DNA from: a virus
Strand: one strand, 5' to 3'
IMG/VR virus record: IMGVR_UViG_3300031991_000010
Coordinates: 1-59,551 of that record
Length of the DNA stretch: 59,551 bases
The notes under the pieces were generated by a model. It made no database searches. It was not told where the DNA came from and saw nothing but the letters and a program-made list of their open reading frames with translations. Both the position numbers and the translations under genes were made by a program. Numbering within the stretch: the stretch's first letter is position 1; the number at the start of each line of letters is the position of its first letter. Of the stretch, positions 33,810 through 43,912 are shown in pieces.

Positions 33810-36800
33810 CTATTCTTCGGGCGGCATTTCCAATGGGGCATCCGCCGGAACGGGGAGCGGGTTGCCGCTCGGCTTCCTGTCGAAACCGGGGCTACCCTCA
33901 TCGCCTAAATCCCGTGGTGCATCCATCCGGTCAAGGCGAGGATCGCTCGAACGTGCGGCGCGCGCCCCGCCCGACCATGACGACACCGGCATCAGCGTGT
34001 TTGGATAGCCGTCGTCTTCCGGCGTGAAGGTGGGGAAACGCACCTCATCGGGCGGCAGTTTTTGCCATTCGTCACGCATCCGGCGAAGCACCTCCTGCGG
34101 CGACGCCATTTCGCTCAGTTCTTCCATGTTGCCGGTGCGCATAGCGTTGTCGGCCTTGAGCGGCCGCAGGAAAGCCAGCCCGAGCGGGAGCGCGGCGCCG
34201 GCGGCCAGCGCGTTCCCGGCCATCAGGTTGGCGACCGCCGCCATGACCGGCCCCCCCGCCGCCGCGCCGGATGCGCAGGCGCCGGCCTCGCGGATCGCAT
34301 GGGCCAGCACCGCCGCGTTCTCCCGCTCGATGGCAATGGTCCGTTCGTCGGGCCGGCGGCGCTGCGCGGGCTCCTGTGGCCGGCCAGGCTGGCCCATGGT
34401 GGCGTCGACCCCGCCGGCATAGCGCTGGCGGCCTACAGGGCGCACAGAGAGGAGGGTTTCGAGAATGTCGGCGCTGACGCCGTAATCGGCTTGAAGCGTC
34501 TCCACGGGCACGCCTGTGCGAATGCGGGCGCGAATTGTGGTGCGCAAGGTGTTCAGGTAGGCGCTGAACCCGAAGCTGTTCAGATCGAGATCGACGGCCG
34601 CGCTCACGTTGGGCGACCGCTCGCCGCGCTCCACGGCCTCGGTGTACGCTAGGATTATATCCTTATCCGTCAGTTCGAGCGCGGCCATGTCGGCGGCGAA
34701 GTCCATGATCCGCTGGCCCATGGTGTTCTCGCCCACGGGGATGGTCGGTACCGCATCGAGATCGACGGGCGCGGCCGGCGGCGCCGGCTCGACGGGGAAT
34801 TCGACCAGCGTCGCGTCAGCATCGTCAGCGGTCGGCGGTGAGATCGAGAGCGGTACGCTGGCGCGTGCGCGGCCCATAGCAATGGTTGTCGGTCTCCAAC
34901 GCGGGCCATCCCAAATCTGCGTCCAGTTGAGATCGGACTCATTCAGCGCGCTCGTGGTCGGTGTGATTCTGGCGCGCTCCTCGGCGGTGAAGTTGGCACG
35001 CTCCTGCACCATGCGCGCTTGCACCTCGCCGCGATTGTGCATGTAGGTGAGGTTCGCGGCGCGGCGGCCGGCGACTCGCGCAACCCAAAGAAGTGTTTTT
35101 TCGTATGACCTCAAATGCCGCTGAATATCCTCCTCAGATAAAATTTTAATCATCGGCTTGCCGTCGTCATCTTCTTTAACGACGTTCCACCCTTCGTTTG
35201 GATACTCAGCAACCCACGTGGCAATCCCGGTGCGAAGAACTTCCTCGTGCTTCTTCATTTCCTCGACATGCATTGATCGAGAAAACTTCAATAACAATTC
35301 TTGAAAAAGCGGAACATTCTTAATGCGCGCATCAGCCGGATTGGCACCCCGCGACCACCCTTCGATCACTTGGATTGCGTGCTGCACCTCGTGCAGCATC
35401 GTCGAGCGCAACACCTCATCAATGTTATTCTTGGCTCGAGTTGAGAAGTTGATCTGGATCACGCTGCGCATGCGCAGCCCACCCTTGTCGTCGCGGAACG
35501 ACATGCCGTAGAGATCGAACACGCCCGCGCCGTTGCGGTTGGCGTCGCGGGAGAACTTCACGCGCACGTCGCGCAGTTGCGGGTACTTCTCAAACAGCGC
35601 AGGAAAATCAATCACCGTTTCAAGCGGGAGATCATCGACGACGTTCTTGCCCTTCAGGATTTCTTGAAGATGCGCGGTGCGCATCGTCATCTGACTGGCG
35701 TCAAGCTCCATTTGCCAATCGTCAGCCTTCGGGCCGAACTTGTTCCAGCCGGTCGCTTCCCAAATGTCGTCGGCGCTTCGTCCATCGCGGAACATCTGCT
35801 GCGCGGTGTTGAGATCGGCGGCTTCCTTGTCGGTGAGGCCGGACATGACGCCGATCATCTGGCCCATCAGGTTTGGGCCGTCATAGTCTTCGTTGAAAGC
35901 GGCGGTTTCGGCGCGCACTTGGTTGTTCGAGAAAACGATATAGCTGTCTTTTGCTTTGACCTCTCGAAAGGTGTTAGCCTTTTGCTCAATTTCTTTTAGC
36001 GCGATGTATTCAGGCGTTTGCTGATCCGATTGATCATAGGCATTGAGCGGCTTACCGCGTGCGCGTTGCCCCTCAGTCATCGCGCGGCGCGCGGCGTCAA
36101 CTTGCAGTTGAAGTTCTTGCGCGCCTTCAACTTCGCCTGTGTTCTTATAGACGATGCCGTCATAGCCGAGCCTGATAAGCAAATCTTGCAACGCCTTTAC
36201 CGCACCTGCGGAGTTTCTTATGCCTCGCGTCGCGGCCCGCATTGCCTCTTTGGAGATTCCGGCCCTCTCCAAACCATACTCTAAATTATCATCATTCCAC
36301 GCTCCCATGTCGTCGGTGCGCAGGGGGTTCTTCAACCTCAATCGAACTGGATACATAACAGCACTGTTCGGGTCACGTTGCGCGCGCTGACGTGTCGACA
36401 GATAGTCAATCCGATCTTGCGCCTGGCCGGCGGTTCCGAAGTGAATGCCGATATCATTCAACTTTCTTTTGAACTTGAAGATATCTTTGTCGGTCGCATG
36501 ATACGCCTTGACCGTGAACCCCATCCTCTCCGCACGCGCCAACCTGGCTGCCGTCGTCATCCCTTCGGGGCCATACTTTCGATAGGCCGAGATCCACTCG
36601 GCCGCCTCGCCGCGATCCGCGCCGTCATAGCCAAGCGCCTTGGCTTGCTGCATCGAGCGCTCTGTCGCCGCCTCGCTCGGCATGGCGCCGGGGCGCATGG
36701 CGCGGGTTTCCGCTTCGCGGATCAGGCGGTTCGCGCGCGACTCTGCGGCCTTCTTCTGCGACTTGGAAAGCACGTCGAATTGCGAAATGCGGGTGTCGAC

Positions 36801-39098
36801 GCCTTCCTTGCCGAGCGCCTTGGCGGCAAGGGCGTGGCCGAGGGCGTCGACCGGATCGGCGTCGGCGTGCGCATTGTCGTCAGCGATCTCGGCGTATTCA
36901 TTGGCGACGAACGCGCGGCGCTCTGCGATCTCTTCCGCCTTGGGGAAGCGCAGCGCCGAGCGGTTCCAGTCGTGCTTGCGCCCCCGCGTGTCGGTGAGAT
37001 CGCTGATGATCTCGGTGCGGTGTTGGCTCCAAATCTCGGCGACCGATTTGCGATCCTCGGGGTTCTTAGCCGACATGGCTTGCAGCGCTTTGATGCCGGC
37101 GAACACCTTGGCGAATTGCGTGTTCATTTCCTTACCGAAGCGGCGGCCCGGTTCGAGCGCGTTCAGTTGTTTTTCAATGCCTTCAATGACGGCAAGCGTT
37201 TCCGCGTCTTCCGCCGGCATTTGCTTTTCTGTTTTCTTAACTTCCTCGCGGATGCGCTCAAGGTCTTCTGCGCCCTCCACCATGCCGGCGTGGATTTCAG
37301 CGATACGCTTCTCGGCCTCGGCGCGCACGATCTCGTTTTGCGCCGCCGTGTTCGTCTCGGGGTCGGTGGTGATGTGGCGCGCCACCTTCGGGCCGAACGA
37401 TGTGCGGCCGATCTTGGCGGCGTAGTCGCCTGGCGTCATGGTGAGGAAGCCTGACGCGCGCGCCGACGCGACGAGATCGGGATCGAGCCCGAGCGCTTGC
37501 GTCAGTTCGTCGAAATTCATATTCTCGTCGGCGGCCATTTTCTGAAGGCCGTCCATGTTCACGAGGATTTCGCCTTGACCCAAGCTCGCATCGACGGAAT
37601 CAGCGAAAGCCTCGGGGTCGCGCTTGGCGAGCTTCGACTGACGGGCTACCTCACTCAACCGTTCGACGGTGCGAAGCGAGGCGGCTATATGGTCCGCTTT
37701 CCGAAGATCGCTGTAGAGGCCGGGCGCGCCGAACGCAGCCCCCATGCCGCCGCCGATGAACAGACCAATGAACGCCTCATAACCGGCGTCACCGAACGCT
37801 TTATTCCAATCGAGCGGACCAATGTCGTCACCATAGACCGCACGGTTCAGTTCGCGCCCCTTCGCCTCGAAGAAGCTCGTGACGAGGCTCTGCGCGCCCT
37901 CCTCGATAGCCCCTTCAAATATCGCGCCCTTGACGACTTCTTTTCCAAAGCGCGCAGCGACCGCGCGCCGCGTCATGCTTTGGGTAGCCTCACGACTTAC
38001 GGATCGAATCGGTGACCCCATCGCCATGCCGCCGAACTGTTCGATCATCGAGTTGGCGACACCGGCAGCGTGCGCCATTTCAGCGGCGAGTTTCGGATTG
38101 ATGCCCTCGTTGACGTATTGCTCGAACGCGTTGCCGCTTTCGAGGCGGTAGCTGAAATCAGCCGACGCCGCAGACGGGGCAATGAAGCCCGTTTTGGTTC
38201 CTGAAAACCACGAACCGACTTCGCCAATGAGCGGTGTCGCGGCGGCCGTGAGCCCCATCCATTCGCCGAGCGCCAGGTCGACGTAATCGTCGAGCGTGCC
38301 GCGTCCGCTCTCGATGTTCGTGCGGGCACGGTTGCGCACTTGCGCAAACATCGTGCTCGTGTCGTCAGCCTGGCCGCGCCAAATGTCATAGGCGCTGATG
38401 AACGGGCCACCGACGCGCGCGCCCATGCCGGCAATGGACGAATGCGCCGCCTCGAACACGTCGCGCGCCACGGGGTTCTTGAGGCCGCGCTCGCGCAGCG
38501 CGTCGCGCTCGGGGCCAATGGCGAGAAGGCGACGGTAATCGGAGGGCGCGAAGACATTCTCACCCGTGCGTGTTTCACGTGAAACGTCGGCGAACAGATC
38601 GCCGCGCTCGGTGTTCAGCATGCCAGCGCGATAGCTCGACACCGCGCCGGCCGGATCGGCGACCGCAGAGCCGAGGGTGTCGCGGGTGTTGCGCACACCG
38701 CGCATATAGCTGAAGACGCCACGGCCGGCCGCGCGCCGGATGCCCTCGGGCACGAACGGCGCGAAGTCGTCGAACATGCGTTCGGCGCGTGACAGGTGCT
38801 CGACGTCATCGTGCGCGACGGCGAAGTTCTCAGGCTTGGAGAGCCACGCCCGCGTGCGCGGGGGCGCTGCATCGAGCGTCGGTCGCTCGGTTCCGCGCGC
38901 CATGAGGAGCGGATTGCCGATCACCTGACCGGGCGTAGTGTTTAGTTCCTTTGCGATCCGGCGCGCCTGGCCGATCTGGTCGGGCGTATAGATCGACGTC
39001 GCCATCGGCCCGAAACCGTCGTTGGCCGGCTCGGGCATGGTTGTGTCGCGTGGGCGGTGAATACCAAGCGGATCGTCGTCACGTTCAACGTTCGCCAC
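33810..39098 (-). CDS. Giant polyvalent internal/ejection protein (about 1762 aa)
   Basis: GTG at 39098 sits 6 nt after GGAGG (or ATG at 39038). ART-like segment AYHATDKDIFKF...IGIHFGTAGQA...LGYDGIVYKNTGEVEG (about 36120..36525). Zincin MLHEVQHAIQVIEG (35379..35393). Hydrophobic Ala/Gly-rich C-terminal helices. Confidence 0.85.
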   Translation of the reverse strand: MANVERDDDPLGIHRPRDTTMPEPANDGFGPMATSIYTPDQIGQARRIAKELNTTPGQVIGNPLLMARGTERPTLDAAPPRTRAWLSKPENFAVAHDDVEHLSRAERMFDDFAPFVPEGIRRAAGRGVFSYMRGVRNTRDTLGSAVADPAGAVSSYRAGMLNTERGDLFADVSRETRTGENVFAPSDYRRLLAIGPERDALRERGLKNPVARDVFEAAHSSIAGMGARVGGPFISAYDIWRGQADDTSTMFAQVRNRARTNIESGRGTLDDYVDLALGEWMGLTAAATPLIGEVGSWFSGTKTGFIAPSAASADFSYRLESGNAFEQYVNEGINPKLAAEMAHAAGVANSMIEQFGGMAMGSPIRSVSREATQSMTRRAVAARFGKEVVKGAIFEGAIEEGAQSLVTSFFEAKGRELNRAVYGDDIGPLDWNKAFGDAGYEAFIGLFIGGGMGAAFGAPGLYSDLRKADHIAASLRTVERLSEVARQSKLAKRDPEAFADSVDASLGQGEILVNMDGLQKMAADENMNFDELTQALGLDPDLVASARASGFLTMTPGDYAAKIGRTSFGPKVARHITTDPETNTAAQNEIVRAEAEKRIAEIHAGMVEGAEDLERIREEVKKTEKQMPAEDAETLAVIEGIEKQLNALEPGRRFGKEMNTQFAKVFAGIKALQAMSAKNPEDRKSVAEIWSQHRTEIISDLTDTRGRKHDWNRSALRFPKAEEIAERRAFVANEYAEIADDNAHADADPVDALGHALAAKALGKEGVDTRISQFDVLSKSQKKAAESRANRLIREAETRAMRPGAMPSEAATERSMQQAKALGYDGADRGEAAEWISAYRKYGPEGMTTAARLARAERMGFTVKAYHATDKDIFKFKRKLNDIGIHFGTAGQAQDRIDYLSTRQRAQRDPNSAVMYPVRLRLKNPLRTDDMGAWNDDNLEYGLERAGISKEAMRAATRGIRNSAGAVKALQDLLIRLGYDGIVYKNTGEVEGAQELQLQVDAARRAMTEGQRARGKPLNAYDQSDQQTPEYIALKEIEQKANTFREVKAKDSYIVFSNNQVRAETAAFNEDYDGPNLMGQMIGVMSGLTDKEAADLNTAQQMFRDGRSADDIWEATGWNKFGPKADDWQMELDASQMTMRTAHLQEILKGKNVVDDLPLETVIDFPALFEKYPQLRDVRVKFSRDANRNGAGVFDLYGMSFRDDKGGLRMRSVIQINFSTRAKNNIDEVLRSTMLHEVQHAIQVIEGWSRGANPADARIKNVPLFQELLLKFSRSMHVEEMKKHEEVLRTGIATWVAEYPNEGWNVVKEDDDGKPMIKILSEEDIQRHLRSYEKTLLWVARVAGRRAANLTYMHNRGEVQARMVQERANFTAEERARITPTTSALNESDLNWTQIWDGPRWRPTTIAMGRARASVPLSISPPTADDADATLVEFPVEPAPPAAPVDLDAVPTIPVGENTMGQRIMDFAADMAALELTDKDIILAYTEAVERGERSPNVSAAVDLDLNSFGFSAYLNTLRTTIRARIRTGVPVETLQADYGVSADILETLLSVRPVGRQRYAGGVDATMGQPGRPQEPAQRRRPDERTIAIERENAAVLAHAIREAGACASGAAAGGPVMAAVANLMAGNALAAGAALPLGLAFLRPLKADNAMRTGNMEELSEMASPQEVLRRMRDEWQKLPPDEVRFPTFTPEDDGYPNTLMPVSSWSGGARAARSSDPRLDRMDAPRDLGDEGSPGFDRKPSGNPLPVPADAPLEMPPEE
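38572..38585. repeat. Perfect 14-bp palindrome GTTTCACGTGAAAC (copy 2)
   Basis: Inside the 1762-aa gene, where it again encodes VSRET. Confidence 0.9.
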
Positions 39099-40662
39099 GC
39101 GCAGCCTCCACTTCCTTGTCATACGCCGCGACGACTTCAGCCTTGGTTGGTGCGCGCCGCAGGCGTGCAGCCTCGGCGTTACGGATGCGCGCGCGGTCGC
39201 TCTGCGGCATGTATTGATAGCGCACGTTCGCCTCGCGTGCGTTTTCATTCATGTAAAGCGGGCGGTTGTTGAAGTCAGCAAAGGCGCGATTGAGAATGTC
39301 TTGCTGCGCCGCGTCGTCAGGGATCGCGCCGCCATTAGCCTTCATATAGGCTTCCACGTCCTGAATGACGAACGCCTTGAACTGGTTAAATCGCGGACGG
39401 TCCTGCGCATTGTTGCTGATCGTCATGTTCACGCCGCTGCGGCCAGGCGCAAGCATCTGGCCGGTGGAAATGATGCGCTCGGTCACTTCTTGCTGCACGG
39501 TTTTGCGGCCTATGTCCGTGCGCGCTTCAGAACGTGCACGCTCACGGTAGCCGCGAAGCTGTGCGTACTGACCCGGCGTCAGTTGTCCGGCGTATTTTTC
39601 CAGATTGCCGGGCGCGACGAACGCCTCGCGGTTTTCATCCATCGAGACAAGCAGGCTGTTGTACGTGTCGGTACTCACGCGGTCGCGGGAGGCGCGACCA
39701 CGCTCGCCGAGCATGTAGGCGTGATCTGCTTTTTGCTGGCGCATTTGCAGAATGGCGTTGCGTAGATCGGCGTTCTCGGGCGCATCGTAAGCGGTTTGTT
39801 GTTCCGGCGTGAGGGGCGTGCCCTCGTTAACCCACGCCATCGCCGCATCGGTCAGCGCTTCAAGCTGCAAACCCTCGGCTTGTTTGTCGCGCGCGGCCTC
39901 TTCCATGATCCGCGTGGTGACTTCCTCGCGCACCTCCGGCGGCAACGTGCGCGCCTCGGCAAGCTGGCCGGCGAGATCGTTCGGGTGTTTGCCACGCGCC
40001 GCGTCCACGGCGCTGATGACTTGCTGTTCGCGGCCGATCTTGGCCTGGCGCGCCGCGAGCGTGCCCTCAACCTCGGCATCCACACGGGCAATGTCGTCTT
40101 CGCCGACAAAGCCCCGCTGACGGCCAAGGCGCACCACGGCCATGGCATTTCCCTTCAACCGCTCAAGCTCGGCCTGTGACGTCTGCGGGTCCGCTGCGGC
40201 GCGCGTGAAAGCCGCCTGTGCGGCGATGATCGCGCCGCGCTCGATCTCCGCGCCGCGCTCAAGCCCGAGGCGTTGGCCGCGCTGGCGGCTCTCGCTTTCC
40301 AGCCTGACGCTGTTATCGTTCCACTTCTGCGCCGCGATCAGTCCGCCGATCCTCGGGCGATAGCGCGCCGTCGTTTCGCGCGCGATGCGGCCGGCGTGCG
40401 CCTCGAACTGATCCCAATCGTCTTGCTTGCGCAGTTCGATCATCTGCCGATCAATGTCGGCCGCTGCGTCGGCGTTGGCTTGCAAAATCGAACTGTCGAT
40501 CTGTTGTTTGCGGATGCGCGAACCAAGCTCATAAAGCGCCTCGCCGCCCTCGGCCATCTGTTTGCCGGCGTCGCTGACCGGCTGTTGCACGACGCGCAGC
40601 GACGGGCTGACGCGGGCTGCGTTCGGATCGATCTCCTCGTAAGTGCCGCCGATCTTCGCCAT
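39085..40662 (-). CDS. Internal virion protein (525 aa, helical)
   Basis: The ATG at 40662 overlaps the upstream stop. Position equivalent to T7 gp15. Gln/Arg/Ala-rich helical sequence. Confidence 0.65.
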   Translation of the reverse strand: MAKIGGTYEEIDPNAARVSPSLRVVQQPVSDAGKQMAEGGEALYELGSRIRKQQIDSSILQANADAAADIDRQMIELRKQDDWDQFEAHAGRIARETTARYRPRIGGLIAAQKWNDNSVRLESESRQRGQRLGLERGAEIERGAIIAAQAAFTRAAADPQTSQAELERLKGNAMAVVRLGRQRGFVGEDDIARVDAEVEGTLAARQAKIGREQQVISAVDAARGKHPNDLAGQLAEARTLPPEVREEVTTRIMEEAARDKQAEGLQLEALTDAAMAWVNEGTPLTPEQQTAYDAPENADLRNAILQMRQQKADHAYMLGERGRASRDRVSTDTYNSLLVSMDENREAFVAPGNLEKYAGQLTPGQYAQLRGYRERARSEARTDIGRKTVQQEVTERIISTGQMLAPGRSGVNMTISNNAQDRPRFNQFKAFVIQDVEAYMKANGGAIPDDAAQQDILNRAFADFNNRPLYMNENAREANVRYQYMPQSDRARIRNAEAARLRRAPTKAEVVAAYDKEVEAARGER

Positions 40663-41258
40663 TAGTAGCCGAGCCCCTTGAGCTTCTTGGCGGTCTTGTT
40701 GCCGACGCCGTTGTCGCCCATGCCTGTGCCGATGGGGCCTTTGGCCTTGCCGAATGACGCATACTGCGACGCCCAATCGAGGCCGACGCCGACGACGGTC
40801 GCGGTGTTGGCGCGGCGCGCGCTGGCCTGAATGTTGTTGGCGTCGGTTTCGAGCGCGGTCGCCTGGCGCTCGGCCTGTTTGCGCATGGTGTCGGCCGCCA
40901 TGTCGGCCTCATGGCGCACGAGCAATTCCTCGACGCTCATTTCCTGCACGGTCTTTTCCAGAATGTAGTCCGCGCCCGCGTCGCCCTGACCGGCGCCGGC
41001 GAAGCCCGAGCCTGCCATCTGCGCGCGTTGCGTGCCGATCATCTTGCGTGTGGCGCGACGCACGATGCCGGCGTTGTACTGGCCGACGGCCTCAGTTTCA
41101 TTCGAGGTGCGGATCGCATCCTCTCTGATCTGGCGCGCTTCCTCGCGGCGGGCGGTCGCTTCAGCCCGCGCCTGCGCCTTCTGACCTTTGACTTTCTTGC
41201 CCGCTCCCACGGCTTGCGCGCCGAGGGAGACGCCTGCGGCCACTAGGGGAGCTACCAC
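40662..41258 (-). CDS. Internal virion protein with N-terminal TM helix (198 aa)
   Basis: GTG at 41258 sits 8 nt after GGAGGA. VVAPLVAAGVSLGAQAVGAG TM segment. Position equivalent to T7 gp14. Confidence 0.6.
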   Translation of the reverse strand: MVAPLVAAGVSLGAQAVGAGKKVKGQKAQARAEATARREEARQIREDAIRTSNETEAVGQYNAGIVRRATRKMIGTQRAQMAGSGFAGAGQGDAGADYILEKTVQEMSVEELLVRHEADMAADTMRKQAERQATALETDANNIQASARRANTATVVGVGLDWASQYASFGKAKGPIGTGMGDNGVGNKTAKKLKGLGY

Positions 41259-41595
41259 GTTTCCATTCCTCCGTTCCAATCACAGGCTCAAAGCCTAGAG
41301 ATTCTATCCACTGCCGCGCGCCGGGGATTGTCTCGTCGCAGCTTGCGAATACGTCGACCCCTTGCTCATCCATGATCGCAAAGATGCGCGCCGCATAGAG
41401 TGGCCCCCACTTCGGGATCGGTCCACCTGCCATGGCCCACACCCGGTTGTCATCTTCCAAGTAGATGACGCCGAAGGCGCGACAGATGCCGTCTTCATCA
41501 ATGCCGGCGTAGCCGAGAAAGCTGTCATTCGGGAGATCAATACTCCAGTCGCCAAGGTGCGCACGCGTGAGCGGCGTTGAGTCGAGCTTATCCAC
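41161..41595 (-). CDS. Hypothetical protein (144 aa), possibly acetyltransferase-like
   Basis: The GTG at 41595 overlaps the tubular B stop. The 3' end overlaps the next gene by about 98 nt. The fold assignment is weak. Confidence 0.45.
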   Translation of the reverse strand: MDKLDSTPLTRAHLGDWSIDLPNDSFLGYAGIDEDGICRAFGVIYLEDDNRVWAMAGGPIPKWGPLYAARIFAIMDEQGVDVFASCDETIPGARQWIESLGFEPVIGTEEWKRGSSPSGRRRLPRRASRGSGQESQRSEGAGAG

Positions 41596-43900
41596 GCGCG
41601 GCCCCCACCATGTTCGGCACCATGAACAGCACCGTCGCCGGCCCCGCCCACCGGGCACGCAGGGCGAACCTGGCGTCAAGCGACCACGAACTATCGAACG
41701 TGATGACGTCGATGCCTGAGAGCGTCTGAAGCGCGCTGTCAAAGCGCAGTGTGTCGCTCATGCCTTCGCTGGCGAGGCGATCCTCAAACGAGAACATTTC
41801 ATCATTCAGCGCCTCGCCCATTTGCAGGATGGCGGGCGGCGTATCGAGGATCGAAATGCCGACACTCGTCACCTTTTGAAGTTGCGTGAGCGCGGTGCCG
41901 CCGGCCGTCGCCGCGTAGGCCAGCACGCCAGACAGGTATTCAGCCGGCGCTTCAAGCCCGATGTAAACTTTCTGCGTTGGCGCAAACCCGAGATCGACCT
42001 CACCATCCCCATCGGGGATCAGCGGATTGTCATCGTCAGTGCCGACAACCTGACCGTCAGCCCACCCATAGACGCGCTGACCTTCAAGGTGGCCAAGCCC
42101 GCCGACAACCTGTCCCGGCACGGCTTGCTCGATGGCGCAATGCAGGCGGTGCGCGGTGAGGGTTGGCAGTCTCGCTTCGCTTTCCGTCACCTCCAAAAAA
42201 CGCCGCATCGTGCCGTCGATGTTGCGATCCACAACGAACATAATGCGGTCTTCGGTCGGGAGCGGATGGACCGAGAGGCTTTGGAAAACGTCCCCCTCGC
42301 GCCGGTAGCGCTGCCATCCTTCAACTTGTTCGGCGCGCTCGTACAGAAGAACAGCAACCTCGCCGTCTTCCCGAATCATCCACCCGCGAGGCTCGGGCTC
42401 TTGCTGGAAATCGTACTCGATGAAGCCACCGCCTGCGATGGAGCTATGAAGACGCGTCAGATCGCGCGGAATGCCCGTGTCGCTAAAGTCAATCTCATAC
42501 ATTCTCAGGCCACTCGCATTCGCCCAAAGAACGCGCTGGTCGACAGACATTGCGTCGCTGCCGTTCGATCCTTTGTCGGATTGCAGGCGCGCCCGCACGT
42601 TCGTGGGCGTGATCACCTCTTCAAGCGATCCGGTTCCAAGTGTGCTCTCATTGACGCGACTGCCGAGCATCAGGGGGCCGACGCTCTTGGCCCACGTCAT
42701 GCGGCTCGATTTTCCCACCGTGGAAATGCGGTTGATGGCTCCGGCGTCGGTGTCGTCAAGCTCGAAGTTCTCATAATCGCTCGGTTGTGAAAGCCAGCGA
42801 TTCGTATCGCGCCCAACAAACAAGCGATCATCGTGGAATGCGCCAGCTTCCGGCCAGCCGAAAAGTTCATTCCATTGCCCGAAGTACCAATCACTCGTGT
42901 ACTCCGTTTTTCCAAACGGATCATAAATCTGAATGTTGGCCTCGGACACACTCGTTATTGAAGTGATGCGGGCCGTGCCTGTGGTCGACCCATAAAAATA
43001 ACTCAAATCAAAATCAACTTCTCCGCTCGTGTAAGCGCTCAATCCAACGCGATAATAGACAACTTGATTGTCGAGACCGTCATCAATGGTGTTCAAGCCG
43101 TTTACGATTGAGCCACCCGTGTAGGCTCGGAAGTCGTCGTCATTGCCGATTGAGCGCTGAATGGCGAGTGTGCCGACATACGTGCCGGTAACATTGACGG
43201 TGAAAACGCGCTCGGCGTCGATACCGAAAACGCGGATTGGCGGCGACCACGTTTCGATTGCAGACGCCGAGAAAATAATGTTCTGGCCGGGGTGTACGAG
43301 CTTCACCAAGGTATCAACATGGCCGGCGCGAAAGAAGTTTGCGGCATCGCCCATGCCAACGCGCGCAAACAGCTTGCCGGATACGGTGCGCGTGTCCGGG
43401 GCGAGCGTTACGCTTGACACGTTGATCGAGCCGAACGGCCCCTTTTTAGGTAGAAACTTCCGCAGGCTCCACGAGTTTTGATCCCACCGCTCCAGCACGC
43501 GGATGGCGTGGCTGCGATGAAACATAAACATGGCGTTGTCGGTCTGCGCCAGCTTGATATCGCGCGCCTCGGCGAGCGAATAAGGCGTTGCGAGCTTCAT
43601 GTTCGGATCGGTCACGAGTGTCGGCTCGCTGACATAGCGGGTGCCGAACTCATCAGCGCTGAAAGTAACGTAACATATCGCGCTTGGCGTGAAGGTCATC
43701 AGGTGTACGCCGGGGTAAAGGCGACGACGCGGCATGATGTCTTCATCGCCATCTGTCGTTCCTACATAAAAATCAAACCAGTCTCGTTCTATGTCGAACT
43801 TCAGTGTCACGGGCGTAAATGGCGCAACAACAATCACGCTAAAGCTCCGCTTTACGCTTCCTCCGTTTCCGACGACAAATGTAAATCCGCCACTTGGCAT
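41588..43900 (-). CDS. Tail tubular protein B (T7 gp12-like), main part
   Basis: 770 aa. ATPYSLAEARDIKLAQTDNAMFMFHRSHAIRVLER..W and DDRLFVGRDTNRWLSQPSDYENFEL resemble conserved gp12-family blocks. No SD before the ATG. Confidence 0.7.
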   Translation of the reverse strand: MPSGGFTFVVGNGGSVKRSFSVIVVAPFTPVTLKFDIERDWFDFYVGTTDGDEDIMPRRRLYPGVHLMTFTPSAICYVTFSADEFGTRYVSEPTLVTDPNMKLATPYSLAEARDIKLAQTDNAMFMFHRSHAIRVLERWDQNSWSLRKFLPKKGPFGSINVSSVTLAPDTRTVSGKLFARVGMGDAANFFRAGHVDTLVKLVHPGQNIIFSASAIETWSPPIRVFGIDAERVFTVNVTGTYVGTLAIQRSIGNDDDFRAYTGGSIVNGLNTIDDGLDNQVVYYRVGLSAYTSGEVDFDLSYFYGSTTGTARITSITSVSEANIQIYDPFGKTEYTSDWYFGQWNELFGWPEAGAFHDDRLFVGRDTNRWLSQPSDYENFELDDTDAGAINRISTVGKSSRMTWAKSVGPLMLGSRVNESTLGTGSLEEVITPTNVRARLQSDKGSNGSDAMSVDQRVLWANASGLRMYEIDFSDTGIPRDLTRLHSSIAGGGFIEYDFQQEPEPRGWMIREDGEVAVLLYERAEQVEGWQRYRREGDVFQSLSVHPLPTEDRIMFVVDRNIDGTMRRFLEVTESEARLPTLTAHRLHCAIEQAVPGQVVGGLGHLEGQRVYGWADGQVVGTDDDNPLIPDGDGEVDLGFAPTQKVYIGLEAPAEYLSGVLAYAATAGGTALTQLQKVTSVGISILDTPPAILQMGEALNDEMFSFEDRLASEGMSDTLRFDSALQTLSGIDVITFDSSWSLDARFALRARWAGPATVLFMVPNMVGAARG

Positions 43901-43912
43901 AGAGAGTTATTC

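Noticed and set aside
41161-41258. The 98-nt overlap between 41161..41595 and 40662..41258 as evidence for a frameshift error
   Set aside because: This cannot be decided from the sequence alone. Both ORFs have plausible starts, and the overlap may simply reflect a missing stop in high-G+C DNA. It is noted in the feature evidence only.
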